NCBI GenBank assembly: GCA_001179505.1
Contig: CDMY01000379.1
Span: 29,520-93,519 of the forward strand
Origin: Vitrella brassicaformis CCMP3155
Taxonomy: Eukaryota > Protista > Chromerida
Length of the DNA stretch: 64,000 nucleotides
Reading direction: 5' to 3'
The notes under the pieces are model-generated. The model did no database searches. It was not told the origin of the DNA and was given only the letters and a program-made list of their open reading frames with translations. Below, in pieces: positions 1 to 12,800 of this stretch. Both the position numbers and the translations under genes were made by a program. Each line of letters starts with the position of its first letter. Position 1 is the stretch's first letter.

Positions 1-18
1 TCATTGATCTGCCTGTGA

Positions 19-501
19 ATGATGCCGATAGAGCGTCTGACGTCGATGCACAGAACTGACGACAACGCGCTGGTGCTCCAGCCGGACGAGTCGCTGACGC
101 GTGAGCAGGGCGGCACGCGGCTGTGGTTCAATGGCAGCGACGAGGGCCAGGGGTCGCTCTACATCACCAGCCAGAGGGTCGTGTGGCTGTCCTCCGACGA
201 CAGGGACAAGGGCATGGCCTTCGACTACCCCGTCATCATACTCCACGCCATCTCACGAGACCCACGTGAGGGATCCAGACACACGGGGAATGGGTGGTGG
301 AGTGGATGGACCTTTCTCTCTGTGTGTGTGTATGTGGTGTGTAGAGGCCTTTCCGCAGCCGTGCATCTACTGCCAGCTCAAGGCGGACCGGCCGCCGGCT
401 GCTGCTGCTGCTGCTGGCGAAGAGGAGGAGGGCGGCGAGGGGGACGACTTTGACGCCCTCAACGAGATGAGATTCATACCGCAGGACGAGACGTATGCAC
501 C

Positions 502-532
<31 letters not shown>

Positions 533-979
533 AGGCGTCAGTCATCCTATCCATCCATGCATCTGATGATCTGTTCATTCATTCACCAGTTGTCTGGACG
601 ATTTGTTCCGTGCGATGAGTGAGATGGCGGCGCTGCACCCCGACCCTGACATGCTGCAAGAGGGGGGGCCCGATGACGACGACACCCTCTTCGTCAACCC
701 GGTATGTATGTAACCAAACCTCCCCTTAACCTCCTTCCCTTCCAGCACCCTCCAGCCCTGCCTGTCCCTCTCTCTCTGTGTGTGCAGCACAACGGTTGGA
801 ATCCGCCCGAAGCCGAGGAGGGCGCCATGGACGATGCAGAGGAAGATGAGGATGAGGAGGGAGGGTACGAGGACGACGATGAGGCGGAGGGGGAGGGAGA
901 GGGAGCGTCTGGGGCGGAGGGGGATGAGGGCAGCGGGGTGGCCCACAATGGGGGCGGGGACAGGCACATGGCACCCTGA
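19..979 (+). CDS. CLNS1A: ICln / methylosome subunit pICln (Voldacs PH-like domain with acidic tail), 4 exons
   Basis: Spliced translation gives GQGSLYITSQRVVWLS...FDYPVIILHAISRDP|EAFPQPCIYCQL...EMRFIPQDE|..LDDLFRAMSEMAALHPDPD and an acidic C-terminus. GT-AG introns near 267, 493 and 702; stop TGA 977-979. Confidence 0.9.
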
Positions 980-1740
980 CGGACGGGGCGAACAGATAAG
1001 AGAAAGAGCATAAGAGAGAGGTTTGTGGTGTTGTTTGTCGTGTGTGTGTGTGAGGAAGAGGAAGATGGGTCTGTGTGCGTGCGTGCGTGCGTGTGTGTGT
1101 GTGTGCGTGTGGCATTCGATGAGTAAGCAGTTGGACGGATTAGGTAAGTGAGATTGTGTAGGTAGTTTTTCGGTGTGACGAGGACATAAGGCAGCCAGGC
1201 AGGCAGGTAGACCCGTAAGGCTGCCTGCTGCTTGCGTCGTCTGTTGGCTTTGTGTGTTCACTGTTTGCCGTGTATCGTATCGGCTCTACAAGCACCTCTG
1301 TCTGTCATCCATCGATGTGTCCAATCCAATAGACAGTCGCGTGCAGTCACGTCCTACCCTGGAATGAAGGTCGGAATCCTTTCCATCATCGATTCCGTTC
1401 CGTCCCCACCCAACCCACCACTCACGAATGCACTTTTGACTGACGCCCATATCCTCCTCGCCCTTCCCGAAGCAGAGCCATCATCCAGAGTCGCCTAAAA
1501 AGGAGGCGACCCCCACACGCACACATGCACCACTCAAGTCAGCCGATCTTGTTGGTGCGCGCGCATCGAAACTTCCCTCCCTCCGTCCCTCCACTCGTCA
1601 GGTCAACCAGTTGCCAGCCGGCCGGCCGGTCGAAAAATCTGAGCTAGCCGAGTAAGCTGAGTCGCTCTCTCCCGCCACCCTCTCTCTCTCTCCTGAGGCG
1701 GTCGGAAAATCAGGTCTTCAGTCTTTCTGCGTGGGTGTGC

Positions 1741-1854
1741 TGTTGCAGTGCCACGCACCCTATGTCAGCAGCAGCCATCTGTGCGTTGCGGCCTTTGCGT
1801 GAAGGCCACAGCGCTGGGATCGCTGCAGCTCATGTAGGGTGCGTGGCAGCAACA
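1741..1854 (+). ncRNA. Candidate structured RNA: long hairpin (pre-miRNA/hairpin-siRNA-like)
   Basis: 1749-1795 pairs with 1802-1848 in a single register with no bulge: 37 Watson-Crick pairs, 4 G-U pairs, 6 symmetric mismatches and a 6-nt loop. 1741-1746 also pairs with 1849-1854. The structure is seen directly; expression is not shown. Confidence 0.45.
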
Positions 1855-2844
1855 CTGTCGACCTCTCTCTGTCTGTGTGCGTATCAGCGAGATGTCAGCC
1901 AGTAGACCGAAAACAGCCCCGTTGCAGTAGCAACTCTCTCTCTGTCTCTCTCTCTCTGTGCGTGTGTGTGTGTGTGGCGCATCCCTGGCCTGCCAGCATG
2001 CCGCCCTTGCTCTTGGGTGCTCCCGCTCTGAATCGACGGGCACATCCCAGAGCAAGGAAGGCTCGCCTACAGGACAGCGATGCACCATCCGACCACACCC
2101 AGGTACCATATCTCCGTCTCTCTGCGCAAAGAGGGGTAAGCCCTCTCCTCATTTCATTCTCTCTGGTGATCAGGCAGCCAGGTCAGGGCAGGTCATTAAA
2201 CCACTTCTCTCTGGGTGCTGTCAGTAATCCGGTGTGCAGTGCTGTGGTGTGCTGTGCTGTGGTGTGTGGTCGGTGTGTGTGCGTCGCCATAGCGATCAGG
2301 AACACACACTGAGGATGCAGGCAGGCAGGAAAAATAGCCAGCCTCGTCAATCAGTCAATGAGTGAAGAATCGATCCATCGCCAGGCTGCTCGACAGACAA
2401 AAGGTCACGTCACGTTTGTTTCCACCCATGCGCTGCAGCAGAAAAACACTTCCACTTACACGAGTCGCATGTATGTGTGTATGTATGTGTGTACGCACCT
2501 CCGTACGTCTGTCTCATAAAGAGAGAGAGATGCACACGCACTCCACCTAAGCATCATGAGACAGATGGACAGATAGACAGACAGACAGGCAGGTAGGTAG
2601 ATCGGCTGTTGGTTGCTGCGTGAGTTCAAGCAAACACCCTCACGCAGTCTCACACATACACCACGCACCTCGGTGCCTCACCGTCGGAAAGACACCGCCA
2701 CCCACCCACCCACCGAATCCGCTACCCAAAAAAGGGCAAAAACTACTGTCTCCGCAACTTACGCACCGTCTCGGTTGTCCCGTCCATCAAAATGCCCGTC
2801 TCGCTCGCTACGTCTGTGTGTGGATGGATGGATGGATGGATGGA

Positions 2845-5831
2845 TCATTTGGTGTTTGAGAACCCGAATCGCGTGGCGGGCGCCATCAGCCGCGCACTCG
2901 GCGAGTGAAGGAGAAGCTCGTTGTCGCTGCAACACCAACACACACATCAACACAAAGGCATCATTTCTCGCCACGCTCTCTCTGTGCGTGTGCTTTCGTA
3001 CTCGCAGAGCAGAGTGGGGTCGGCGCCAATGGTGCCCTTGAGCTCTTTGAGGTAGTCTGGGCTGCTGACGTGCTCGAGCTGTGCGCGGGCGAACGCCATG
3101 CGGCCCTTGATGTCGAGATTGTGGCGGGCGGGGCCGTGCTCCTTGTTCATCACAGGACTTGACAGATAGGCCTGCACCACACACACAGAGAGAGAGGGAG
3201 AGGGAGAGGGAGAGAGGGAGGGTGTTGTGTGTGTTGGTTTGTCTTGCTGACCTCCATGTAGTGGATGGCTCTCTTCCAGAATCTGACGTCGATGTACTGC
3301 TTGGTCTGCAGGCGCTTCTTGTACCACTCTGACGACATCATCGACTCACTGACAATCACATCGACCGACCGACCGACCGACCGACACAGGAATGAGCCCA
3401 ATACACACCATCTCTCGCTCCCTCTCCCTTTGTGTGTGTGGGTGTCCGTGAGTGTGTGTGCAGTCTTACTAGGTGAACATGGCCTGTATGTCAGGGTGTT
3501 TGACGTCCTTGCCCTCGTACGCCCCCGTGGCCATGATGTGCACCAACGCCTTCAGCGGGGGAATCAAATCCTCAACAGTGCCGTCCTGAACATACACACG
3601 CCCCAACACACCACTCTCCCTCTCCCTCTCCCTCCCTCTCTCTCTCTCTCTCTCTCGTCATCGACTCGCCCACCGACCTGCAGGTAGAGGTTTGCGGTTC
3701 TCTCGTAGGAGATCATGAGGTTGTCGACGCCCTCGACGAAGTTGGCCAGGTCCTGCAGCTCCGGCTTCAACATCTCCTCAGTGAATACCTTGTCCTGCCA
3801 GCCAGCCATCCATCCATCCATCTGTCTCGCTCTCTCTTTGTGTGTGTGTGTGAGAGGGTGCAGTGTGCTTACAGGGTTCTCAAAGACCCTTCCGAAGTAG
3901 GTGCTGACGAACTTGCCGGTGATGCGGTAGCCGAGTCGGGAGGCCAGCACCTTGCGCCCGTCGTAGTCGAAATCCTGCAGCTCCTCTGACCACGCACAGC
4001 ACACAGAAGGCGCAAGCACCGATGGTCGTCTCGCATTCATCGCGTATGTGGGGTGCCTGTGAGTGGTTACGTACCGAGGTATCCGCCTTTGATCATCTCG
4101 TCGGCATTTCTCTCGTTGTGGCTGAGGCGACACCAGATCTCGGGGATCAGCAGCGAGACGTCGTGGTCCACACGGTAGTTGGGACCGATGTAGCCCGCTG
4201 CCGTCGAGTAGCCTGCACACACGCACACACACACACACGGTTGGCACCGTCTCTCTCTCTCTCTCTCTCTCTCTCCCTCTCCCTGTCTCTCGGTGTGTGT
4301 GTGTGTGCGTGTGCGTGTGTGTGTGTGTTGTGGCAATTGCTACTACTTACCATGGTAGCCGGTGAGCATGAGCGACACAAAAGTGCTGTTGAGGTCGGCG
4401 GCGAACCGGAGTGCGTTGAAGGGCCCCTTGGTCAGCGCACCCTCACTCCCAAACCCCGTGGTGCTCGGCGACTTCCCCGTAACCGACGTGATGTACTGAC
4501 CCACCCATCACACACACACGCACAGAAATCGATGCGCAGAGAGGGAGAGGGCAGCGGGGAGGGAGGGTGTGACCGTACGTCCATGAAGAGTTCGGGCATC
4601 TTTTGGAAGTGGATGGGCCCGTAGCAGCAGAGGGCGGGCACCGTCGGCTCACGGATGTTGTTGCGGCGGCCGGACAAGACACTGATCGATGGCAGGCAGA
4701 GAAGCAGCACAGATGTTGTCTGGTGGTGGTGGGTGGGAAGAAGCATGCAGCCATGTTTACGTACTTGTTGACAGGGAAGACGACTTTTTCCGCGAGTGGG
4801 AGCATCCTGTGGAAGCGCGTCTGCACCTCGCCGATGTAGCGGTCCTGCAGACGGGTCACGTCACTCCGCACCTGCACACATTGACACACACACAGGGAGA
4901 AAGAGGGAGAAATGGTGCGGACGGTGTGTGTGTGTGTGTGTGGCTGGGGTGGTACTTGGAGGTATCTGGGGTTAGTGGACCGAGTGCCGTCTTCCATGAT
5001 GCGCTTCTTGGCCGAACACACCACCAACTCGTCGCTCTCCTGCCATCCAGCCACACACAGGAAATGCTCTCCTGGTGTGTGTGTCGGTCTCTCTCTCTCT
5101 CCCTCCCTCCCTCCCTCTCTCTCTCTGTGTGTGTGTGTGGGGGGGGGGGGGTACATCNNNNNNNNNNNNNNNNNNNNNNNNNNNNNNNNNNNNNNNNNNN
5201 NNNNNNNNNNNNNNNNNNNNNNNNNNNNNNNNNNNNNNNNNNNNNNNNNNNNNNNNNNNNNNNNNNNNNNNNNNNNNNNNNNNNNNNNNNNNNNNNNNNN
5301 NNNNNNNNNNNNNNNNNNNNNNNNNNNNNNNNNNNNNNNNNNNNNNNNNNNNNNNNNNNNNNNNNNNNNNNNNNNNNNNNNNNNNNNNNNNNNNNNNNNN
5401 NNNNNNNNNNNNNNNNNNNNNNNNNNNNNNNNNNNNNNNNNNNNNNNNNNNNNNNNNTGGGGGGGGGGGGGTACATCTGGCAGGGCAGCGGCCTCCTTGA
5501 GATGCTTCTTCATGGGATCAGAGAACGCGTCGAAGAACCGCACGTCGTCGACTATCTCACGCACTGCACACACACACACACACACAATTCATCCATGTCT
5601 GTGTGTGTTGAAGTCGTGGCTGGGCTGTGTGGTGTGTGTGGCATGCATGCCTTTCATGGTGTCGAGTGCGTCGAAGTTGCTGCACCACGACTGTGCGGCC
5701 GACATGTCGATCTCTGTCTGCTTGTCGAAACCCGGGATGACGGCGTCGTCGGGGCGCTGGAAGAGGCGCCACTCGGCGTTGAGCGATATCTTAAGGCTCG
5801 GATCTGCACCATCACACCACCATTTGCTGAG

Positions 5832-5865
<34 letters not shown>

Positions 5866-8800
5866 TCTGTGTGTGTGTGTGTCTGCGTACGAGCGGGGTT
5901 GTATCTGGTGCCAGGGATGCGCTGTCGTGGGACGACGATGGAGGCGGTGATGTCGTCCTCCATCTGCACCTTTGCCGAGGCGATGAAGTCGGGCCGCAGC
6001 TTGTAGTTCTGCCACTGGTGGCCCGTCTTGTCGATGCCGATGCGCAGGAAATTGCCGCTCAACCGCACTCCCTGACAGCCGACAGACACACAGAGAACAT
6101 GCCATCACACCACACACGTGTGTCTACTGGAGTGGGGGTGACTGGGGCGGGTGTGATCGTACTTTTCTTTTGAGGAGGTGGTCTTTCTGTCCGTCAGTGG
6201 TGTCGACCTCGAAGTCGGCGCGCCAGCTCTCTTTCTCCTGCTCCTGCACACACAGACAGACAGAGAGAGAGGGAGAGAGAGAGATTGTGGTGGCCACAAG
6301 AGCGCCTGTAAAGCATTGCGTGTGTGTGTGTGTCCTACCGTGTAGAGTCGCTTGACGAGGTAGAGGATGGATCTGATGCGGTTGGGGATGCCCTCGACGA
6401 AGGCGTTGTGCTCGTCGGTGTAGTCCTGATGGATGACACAGCACATACACATACACACAGACACACAGATGAGCCCACACACGCACATGCATAAGCTCAT
6501 GGAAGGATGGCTGAGCTGACCGAGCCGGGGGTGAGCATCTTGATGACGCTGCCGAGCGAGCGATTGTCGGACATCAACGGGCGGGTGCTGCATGACGCAC
6601 ACGCACACAGACACAGGTGAGATGGCGTGTGGGGCAGGAGTGTTGTGTGTGTTCACTCACTCCTGTTTGCCGCTGTTCTTGAATCGCTTCGAGTAGTCAT
6701 GGTCAATCAGGTCCTGGACCGTCTGCAAATCACGGTCCAAATCTGATTGACACACATCCATCCATCCATCCATCTGTGTGTCTGTGTGTGGCCCACCTTC
6801 GGTGTAGATGGGGCCGGTTGAGATCTGGTCCCTGATGGACTTTGAGATCTCGCTCTTGCCCCCGCCAGAGACAGTGCAAGGCTTGTGGCAGAAAGTGGCG
6901 ATGCCCGACGTGCCGATCAGCTGCCACTTCTGAGAAACGGGGTGCTTCTCGAGACGGACCTGGTGGGCCACACACACACACACACTTCTCTCTCTGTGGG
7001 TGGGTTGGTGGTTGGGCGGGTGCGTGGGTGAGTGGCTGTGTGGATATGTCCATGCCTTGTAGCCTGTGGGGTGGATGTAGTGCTTGTTGGGCAGCAGCTT
7101 CAGGCGGTGCTCCTGCCCTGTCGTCTTGTTGACCCAGGTCACCGACTGCTCACTGCACACACACACACGCACACACGATGAACGTAGGAATGGTACTGTG
7201 TGTGTGTGTGCGTACGGCAGCGAGATGACGACATTGTCCGGCACGTATATGATGTCGGGGAACCGCTTGTCGACCGCATAGCCGCTGGGCTTGACGTCCA
7301 TCAGGCCGCCGTACTCGCTCACCACACGCTCGAACGTGTAGCCATCCAGACCGGCATCGATTTGCTCCTACACGCTCACACCAAACACACCAAAACACAT
7401 CCATCCATCCATCCAACCAAAAACAAACAACACGCAAGCAAACGGACCTTTGCAAGAGAGAGGAAGTCCTTGCGGATCCACTCGCCCAGCTGGCACTCGT
7501 TGGAGAGGTGCGGGGTGTTGGTGGGGTCCAGCACCCCCGTGAAGACGCCCTTCTCGATGTTGTACGAGGGGAACGCCAGAGTGCCCCCGGCATGCTCCTC
7601 CTCTGACAGGCCGAACAGGTTCGCGCTGAAGCCAATCTGATGTCATTTGATGCGATGCGATTAGTCAACAGACAGAAAAAGGGCAGAGACATGTTTTTGC
7701 TGGTGTTGTGTTGGGGGGGGAGGGATTGAGGGGGCGGGGTGCTATCTGACTGTCAGGTCAGGTACCTTACCTGTGTCTTGACTTCTTTCTTGCAGTAGCC
7801 GAAGTAGTTGTCGCCCAGAAGGGTCACCATCACACCAGCAGCAGACCTGACACACGAACACAACCACGCACACACATGGATGGATGGATGGATGCTTCTG
7901 CACACTGCACTACCTGGCGCGCACCTGCAAGTGATTTTGTAGGGTTTGCCGTCGTTGTATAGGTCGTCGTCGTGTTCGTAGCACATGCCGTCGCGCCTCT
8001 GCCGGTCGGTGGCCTCGGACACGTGCGGCAGACCCAGCTCCTTCTTCTTGCTGCACACATGACATGAACGGGGTCATCGCGCCATCGATGAGGTGGGTGC
8101 CTCTCTGTCTGCTTACAGGTTGAGTATCCACGGCGCTAGGATGACACACCCACTCGTCCCTGTCCAATGCGCAGGCTGCACCAACACACCAACCATCCGT
8201 CAGCCCCTTTTCTCCCTCTCTCCCTTTCTCTGTCTCACATCGAGCGCGGCGTCATGCTCGCACAGATAAGGGTCCCCCCAGTTGCCAAAGATCCGCTCCA
8301 CGAAGTCGAGGTTGGCCACAAGCCCGCCCGGCGCGAAGAACCTGACCTCGGTGCGCTTCTCGGGCAGCCAGTGGGGGACCTCAGGCGCGACGAGGGGTCT
8401 GAGTAGGATGGAGGTCCACGCCGCGACGGGAGTGGGGAGTGAGGTGGTGAAGGGGATGGTCATCATGTCCTCGTCGGGAGGGTTGAGCGCTGCCGCCAGG
8501 ATGTTGCCGTAAACCTATACACACAGCCACACAGCCACACAGGCACACAGGACACCTTGTGTTTGGTCTGGTGTGTCTGTCAGATCTCCATACCTTCAGG
8601 GGCACCGCTTTCTTGTCGGCCGCTATGGGCAAGCCATACTCAGCCACATGGAATGACCCCTACGCCCATTCGCACACCCACACACACACACGTGCCCATC
8701 CCCTCCGTCCCTCCCCCTCTCTCCCTCTCCACTCACCTTTGTGGTGCGTTTGTCGTTCCTTGAGTTGGAGAGAATGCCGTTCCTCAGACGAAAGGTCTCG

Positions 8801-9596
8801 ATCTCTGCGTTCTTGAACTCATTTCTGCCCAGGGGGAGGGACATCTCGGTGGCCAGCCCAACGCGGTCGAGGATGAAGGTGCGGTTGGGCAGCTTGATGG
8901 GGCCGTTGAGGTCGAACCCGCCCAGAGCCTTGTCGAGAAACTGCTGAATCCTGAGTCAGACAGAGGGCGATGGATGGATGGATGGACGAGTGGGGGAAAG
9001 TGCTGTGTGAGGGGTCGGGTGAGTGTACCTGTTGTCGACAGGGCATTGGTAGTCGTGCAGCAGTCGGCGCATCTGACGGTGGTGCTTCAGCAGGTCGTCG
9101 CTGCCACTCAACAACTCCATCGTGCCCTGAATGAGAACACACCCACACACCCACACACACACACAAACACACAACCAAACAACCCCATCACTGCAGTCAA
9201 CACACCCCACACCAGACACCCCGCCCGGGCACCCACTGTGCCCACCTGCAGATGCAGTGAGCCGTCGGGGTCGAGTTCTTGCGGCAGGATGACCTCCTTG
9301 GCCAGCCCCGCCAGCTTGACCGCGATGTACCGAATCATGTACTTGCGAGACATCGGCGCCGGTGTGCCATCGGGGGACAGGCCTGACGACACACACAGAC
9401 ACACACAGACACACACAGACACCGGCAGACACACGTAAAAGTGTGTGTCGGTGCTTGCCCGCCGCTGTCTGTCTGTCTGTCTGTCTGTGTGTGGGGCTGT
9501 GTGGTTTGATTGTGTGATCGTGTGTCGCCCACCGGTGAGCCGTGGCAGATCCCCCGGAGGGCACCCCAGGATGGAGTCGTCACTCGTGTTTGCCAT
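2845..9596 (-). CDS. Pyrophosphate-dependent (PPi-type) phosphoenolpyruvate carboxykinase, more than 20 exons
   Basis: Exons encode family-typical segments: [42 protein letters not shown]|[93 protein letters not shown] and [12 protein letters not shown] at 9596; inferred last exon ends with TGA at 2845-2847. Confidence 0.88.
5158..5457. other. Assembly gap (300 N) in a PEPCK intron
   Basis: N run; both flanks carry poly-G followed by TACATC. Confidence 0.99.
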
Positions 9597-9886
9597 CCTT
9601 GCTTCTCCTGTGGGAGTCACTCAATGGGTCTTCAGGGGGGCTTTCCTCTTGACAACGATTGACAGATCAGCTGCTTAGCTGCTCGTGGCCACCACGTCAG
9701 CAGCTACACACTATCGAGAACGAAAACCGTCGCCAACGCAGGTTTCCCAAAAAATAAACAGATCGCAGTCGCCACACAGCTCGCAACCGGGGCGAAGAGA
9801 AGAACACGGAGATCTTGAGTCCACTCGCTGCTAAGCTTGCAGGCGTCCTGAGAATGGCGTGATTCGATGAGTGCGAGTGCGGCATT

Positions 9887-12800
9887 ATGACGTCGCTGAG
9901 TTTCTACGGCGCGTCGCTGCCCGCCCTGCAGGTGCCGGCCGCCGCTGCGATGCCGGGTGCCGCCAGCTTTGCCACCCGGCGTCATCCGCCTTATCCGCAG
10001 CGCGGCGTGCCTGTGCGAGATGAGCTGGTGGAGCTCTTCAATGACGCACTCAGCGAGCAGGACCAGAAGGCGCGGGTCAAGAAGCTGCAGGAGGTCAGTC
10101 AGTCAGTCATCAGACAGACAGTCACAGAGACAGACAGACAGATCGGCGGATAGCGGTGCGGTGTGTTGAGTGATTGATTGATGTGTGTGTGTGTATAGGC
10201 GAAGGAGGTGTTCTTCGGTCACTGTCGGACTGGCGGCGACGAGCAGAGCAAGATCGTCATGGAGTTCCTCCCACAAGTCCTCGAGCTCAGGGTGAGTCAG
10301 TGTCTGCCTGTTTGTCTGTCTGTCTGTCTGTCTGCTTGTATGTGTGAACGATGCCATATATCTGTGTGTGTTGGATGTGTGCAGCTGCAGCCGTCTGTGG
10401 CGGTGCATCGGTTCGTCATGTACTTCATTCAGAAGCTAGAGACCCTGCTGCCCATGTGTAAGGGACAGGGCAGGCAAGCAGGCGGCCACACGTATGTGTA
10501 TGTGTGTTACATGTGGCGTCGCTGTCGATTGTCAGATGTGCCGCTGTGCATGGACGCCTTCAAGATGTTCCTGCAGGTGAGCTGTGCTCTGCTCGTCAAC
10601 ACAAGCACGGTCCTGTACCATGAGCGTCTGTGCGTGTCTGTGTGTGATGGACGGATGAATGGATGGATCAGTCTGACGAGAGGACACTCTACCGTCTGGC
10701 TCTCTTCAGCGGTCAGTCAGTCAGTCAGTCAGTCAGTGAACACACAACCACACAGACAGACACACACAAACAGACACACACGCGCGCATTCACTGTCCCT
10801 AATTCGACATGTATGCAGCCCCCTCCATCTACCGCAAAGTCATGCTGTGGTCACACGTTCCCGCAGCCGAGTGGCGAGCGCCACACCTCACCCTCCAGCT
10901 GCAGGCCGGCAGCTTCCACGCCCTCACCGACTGCACGGCCTTCATCCACAGCCTGCTGCGGGACGGCGGCAGCCGGTTCACCAACGCCAATCGGGAGAAG
11001 ATGCTCATGGTGACCATCAAGTACGTCCAGACTGAGTTGCTCTCGCTGACCATCGCGCCGGTCGTCAGGCGGCCGGCGATGATTCAGCCGACGGAGGTCG
11101 AGTGCCTGCAGGACCTGCCTTTTACAACATCGAGGCTGCACCCACCACCAGCACCCTCTCAGTCGATGGACCAACAGACACATGTTAAAACCGAACCAGG
11201 TGTGTGTGGCAGCAGACACAAAAACCGACAAGGCTTCCACGTGGTGGTGTGTGTGTCTTGTGTGTCTGTGTCAGGCGCCCCTGCTGTGCCGTCTAGCAGG
11301 CCGGCGAAGCACCGGAGTGACCTTCAGACGGGCCCCTTGTGGGCGGCTGGCCAGGTGCGGGACGCCATGGACCTCCTCACTGACATGATCACCAAACCGG
11401 CCTTCACAAGTACGTCACGCGCTCGCCCATCAACACACAGACATAGGAGAGAGGAAAGGGCGGATGGGCTGGTCGGCGCTGTGTTTCTGTGCCTTTTGCA
11501 GGTCCGATAGTGCTGCAGTCGGTGCTGGTCGTTGCTGGCATGGTGAGCGGGCACAACCCACCACAGCACAACATACATACGAGGAGAGCACCGTGTGTTG
11601 TGTTGTGTTGTGTTCTGGCTGGTGTGCAGGTGGGCAGCCGTCGGCCCCAGCTGCTGCCTCAGCTGCTCGAGGCCATCCAGGCCCTCATCGACATAATCAA
11701 CCAGCCACCAAAGGTGAGATCTCATCTGACCCCCAGCACCTCCCCACACAGCACAAAAAATGGATGTGCGTGGTCTCTTGTCTGACTCAGGCGAGCAAGG
11801 CTGACGTGCGCCACCCAGCTGAGCGTGGCGGGCGTGTGCGTGAAGAGCTGAGGAAGACCGCGGTGCGCATCCTGCAGATGATACTCATCTCGCCCTCATC
11901 CGCCGCATGGTCCGTAGACCTCCCCCTCCCCCTCCCTCACTGAGTATATCTGTCTTAAGTCCATGCGTCGATTAGGTGTGGGACGTTGGCCACGATGCTG
12001 CATGGGCTGGGTGAGGAGGGGCCGCTGGAGGTATTGCGGCAGAAGGCCGTCGACGACACCAGGACCTACAGACAGACCAAGAAAAGGGTGAGGGAGAGAT
12101 GGAGATTGGTGGATCAACGTGTGTGTGTGTGTGTGTGTGCCTTGGTTGGTTGGCGCAGAAGAGGATGATGCTTGACGCCGACACATCTGACCGTGAGATG
12201 ACATGCCGACAAACACTCTGCATCTTTTGACACTGATGGCATATCGTTTTGCTCGTGTGTGTGTGGTTTGCTGTGTGTGGTTGCGCAGAGCCATCGACAA
12301 GGCGGCTCAAAAAGGGTATGTGTGTGTCACACACACGCGCACACAAAAACAAGAAACAAAAGACATGGGAAGAATGAAATGACGANNNNNNNNNNNNNNN
12401 NNNNNNNNNNNNNNNNNNNNNNNNNNNNNNNNNNNNNNNNNNNNNNNNNNNNNNNNNNNNNNNNNNNNNNNNNNNNNNNNNNNNNNNNNNNNNNNNNNNN
12501 NNNNNNNNNNNNNNNNNNNNNNNNNNNNNNNNNNNNNNNNNNNNNNNNNNNNNNNNNNNNNNNNNNNNNNNNNNNNNNNNNNNNNNNNNNNNNNNNNNNN
12601 NNNNNNNNNNNNNNNNNNNNNNNNNNNNNNNNNNNNNNNNNNNNNNNNNNNNNNNNNNNNNNNNNNNNNNNNNNNNNNNNNNNNNCCCCCCATCTATGTA
12701 TCCATTTGTGCAGACCCCACAACTGGCCAGTACCACGTGCAGCCAATCCAGAAGTACGCGCACACACACACACACACACACGAAAGACAAGACACATCTT

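Noticed and set aside
1741-1854. SECIS element or box C/D snoRNA reading of the hairpin (ATGA...CTGA on the minus strand)
   Set aside because: The G-A tandem register breaks the adjacent helix, the upper stem is far longer than a SECIS helix II, the C box matches only 4 of 7 positions, and no selenoprotein lies upstream.
4443-6173. Long ORFs (380, 364, 494 aa) in the track
   Set aside because: Inflated by the 300-N gap and microsatellite read-through; only the embedded PEPCK exons are real.
2845-9596. Bacterial contamination or recent horizontal transfer of PEPCK
   Set aside because: The gene has more than 20 host-style microsatellite introns and shares a short spacer with symplekin.
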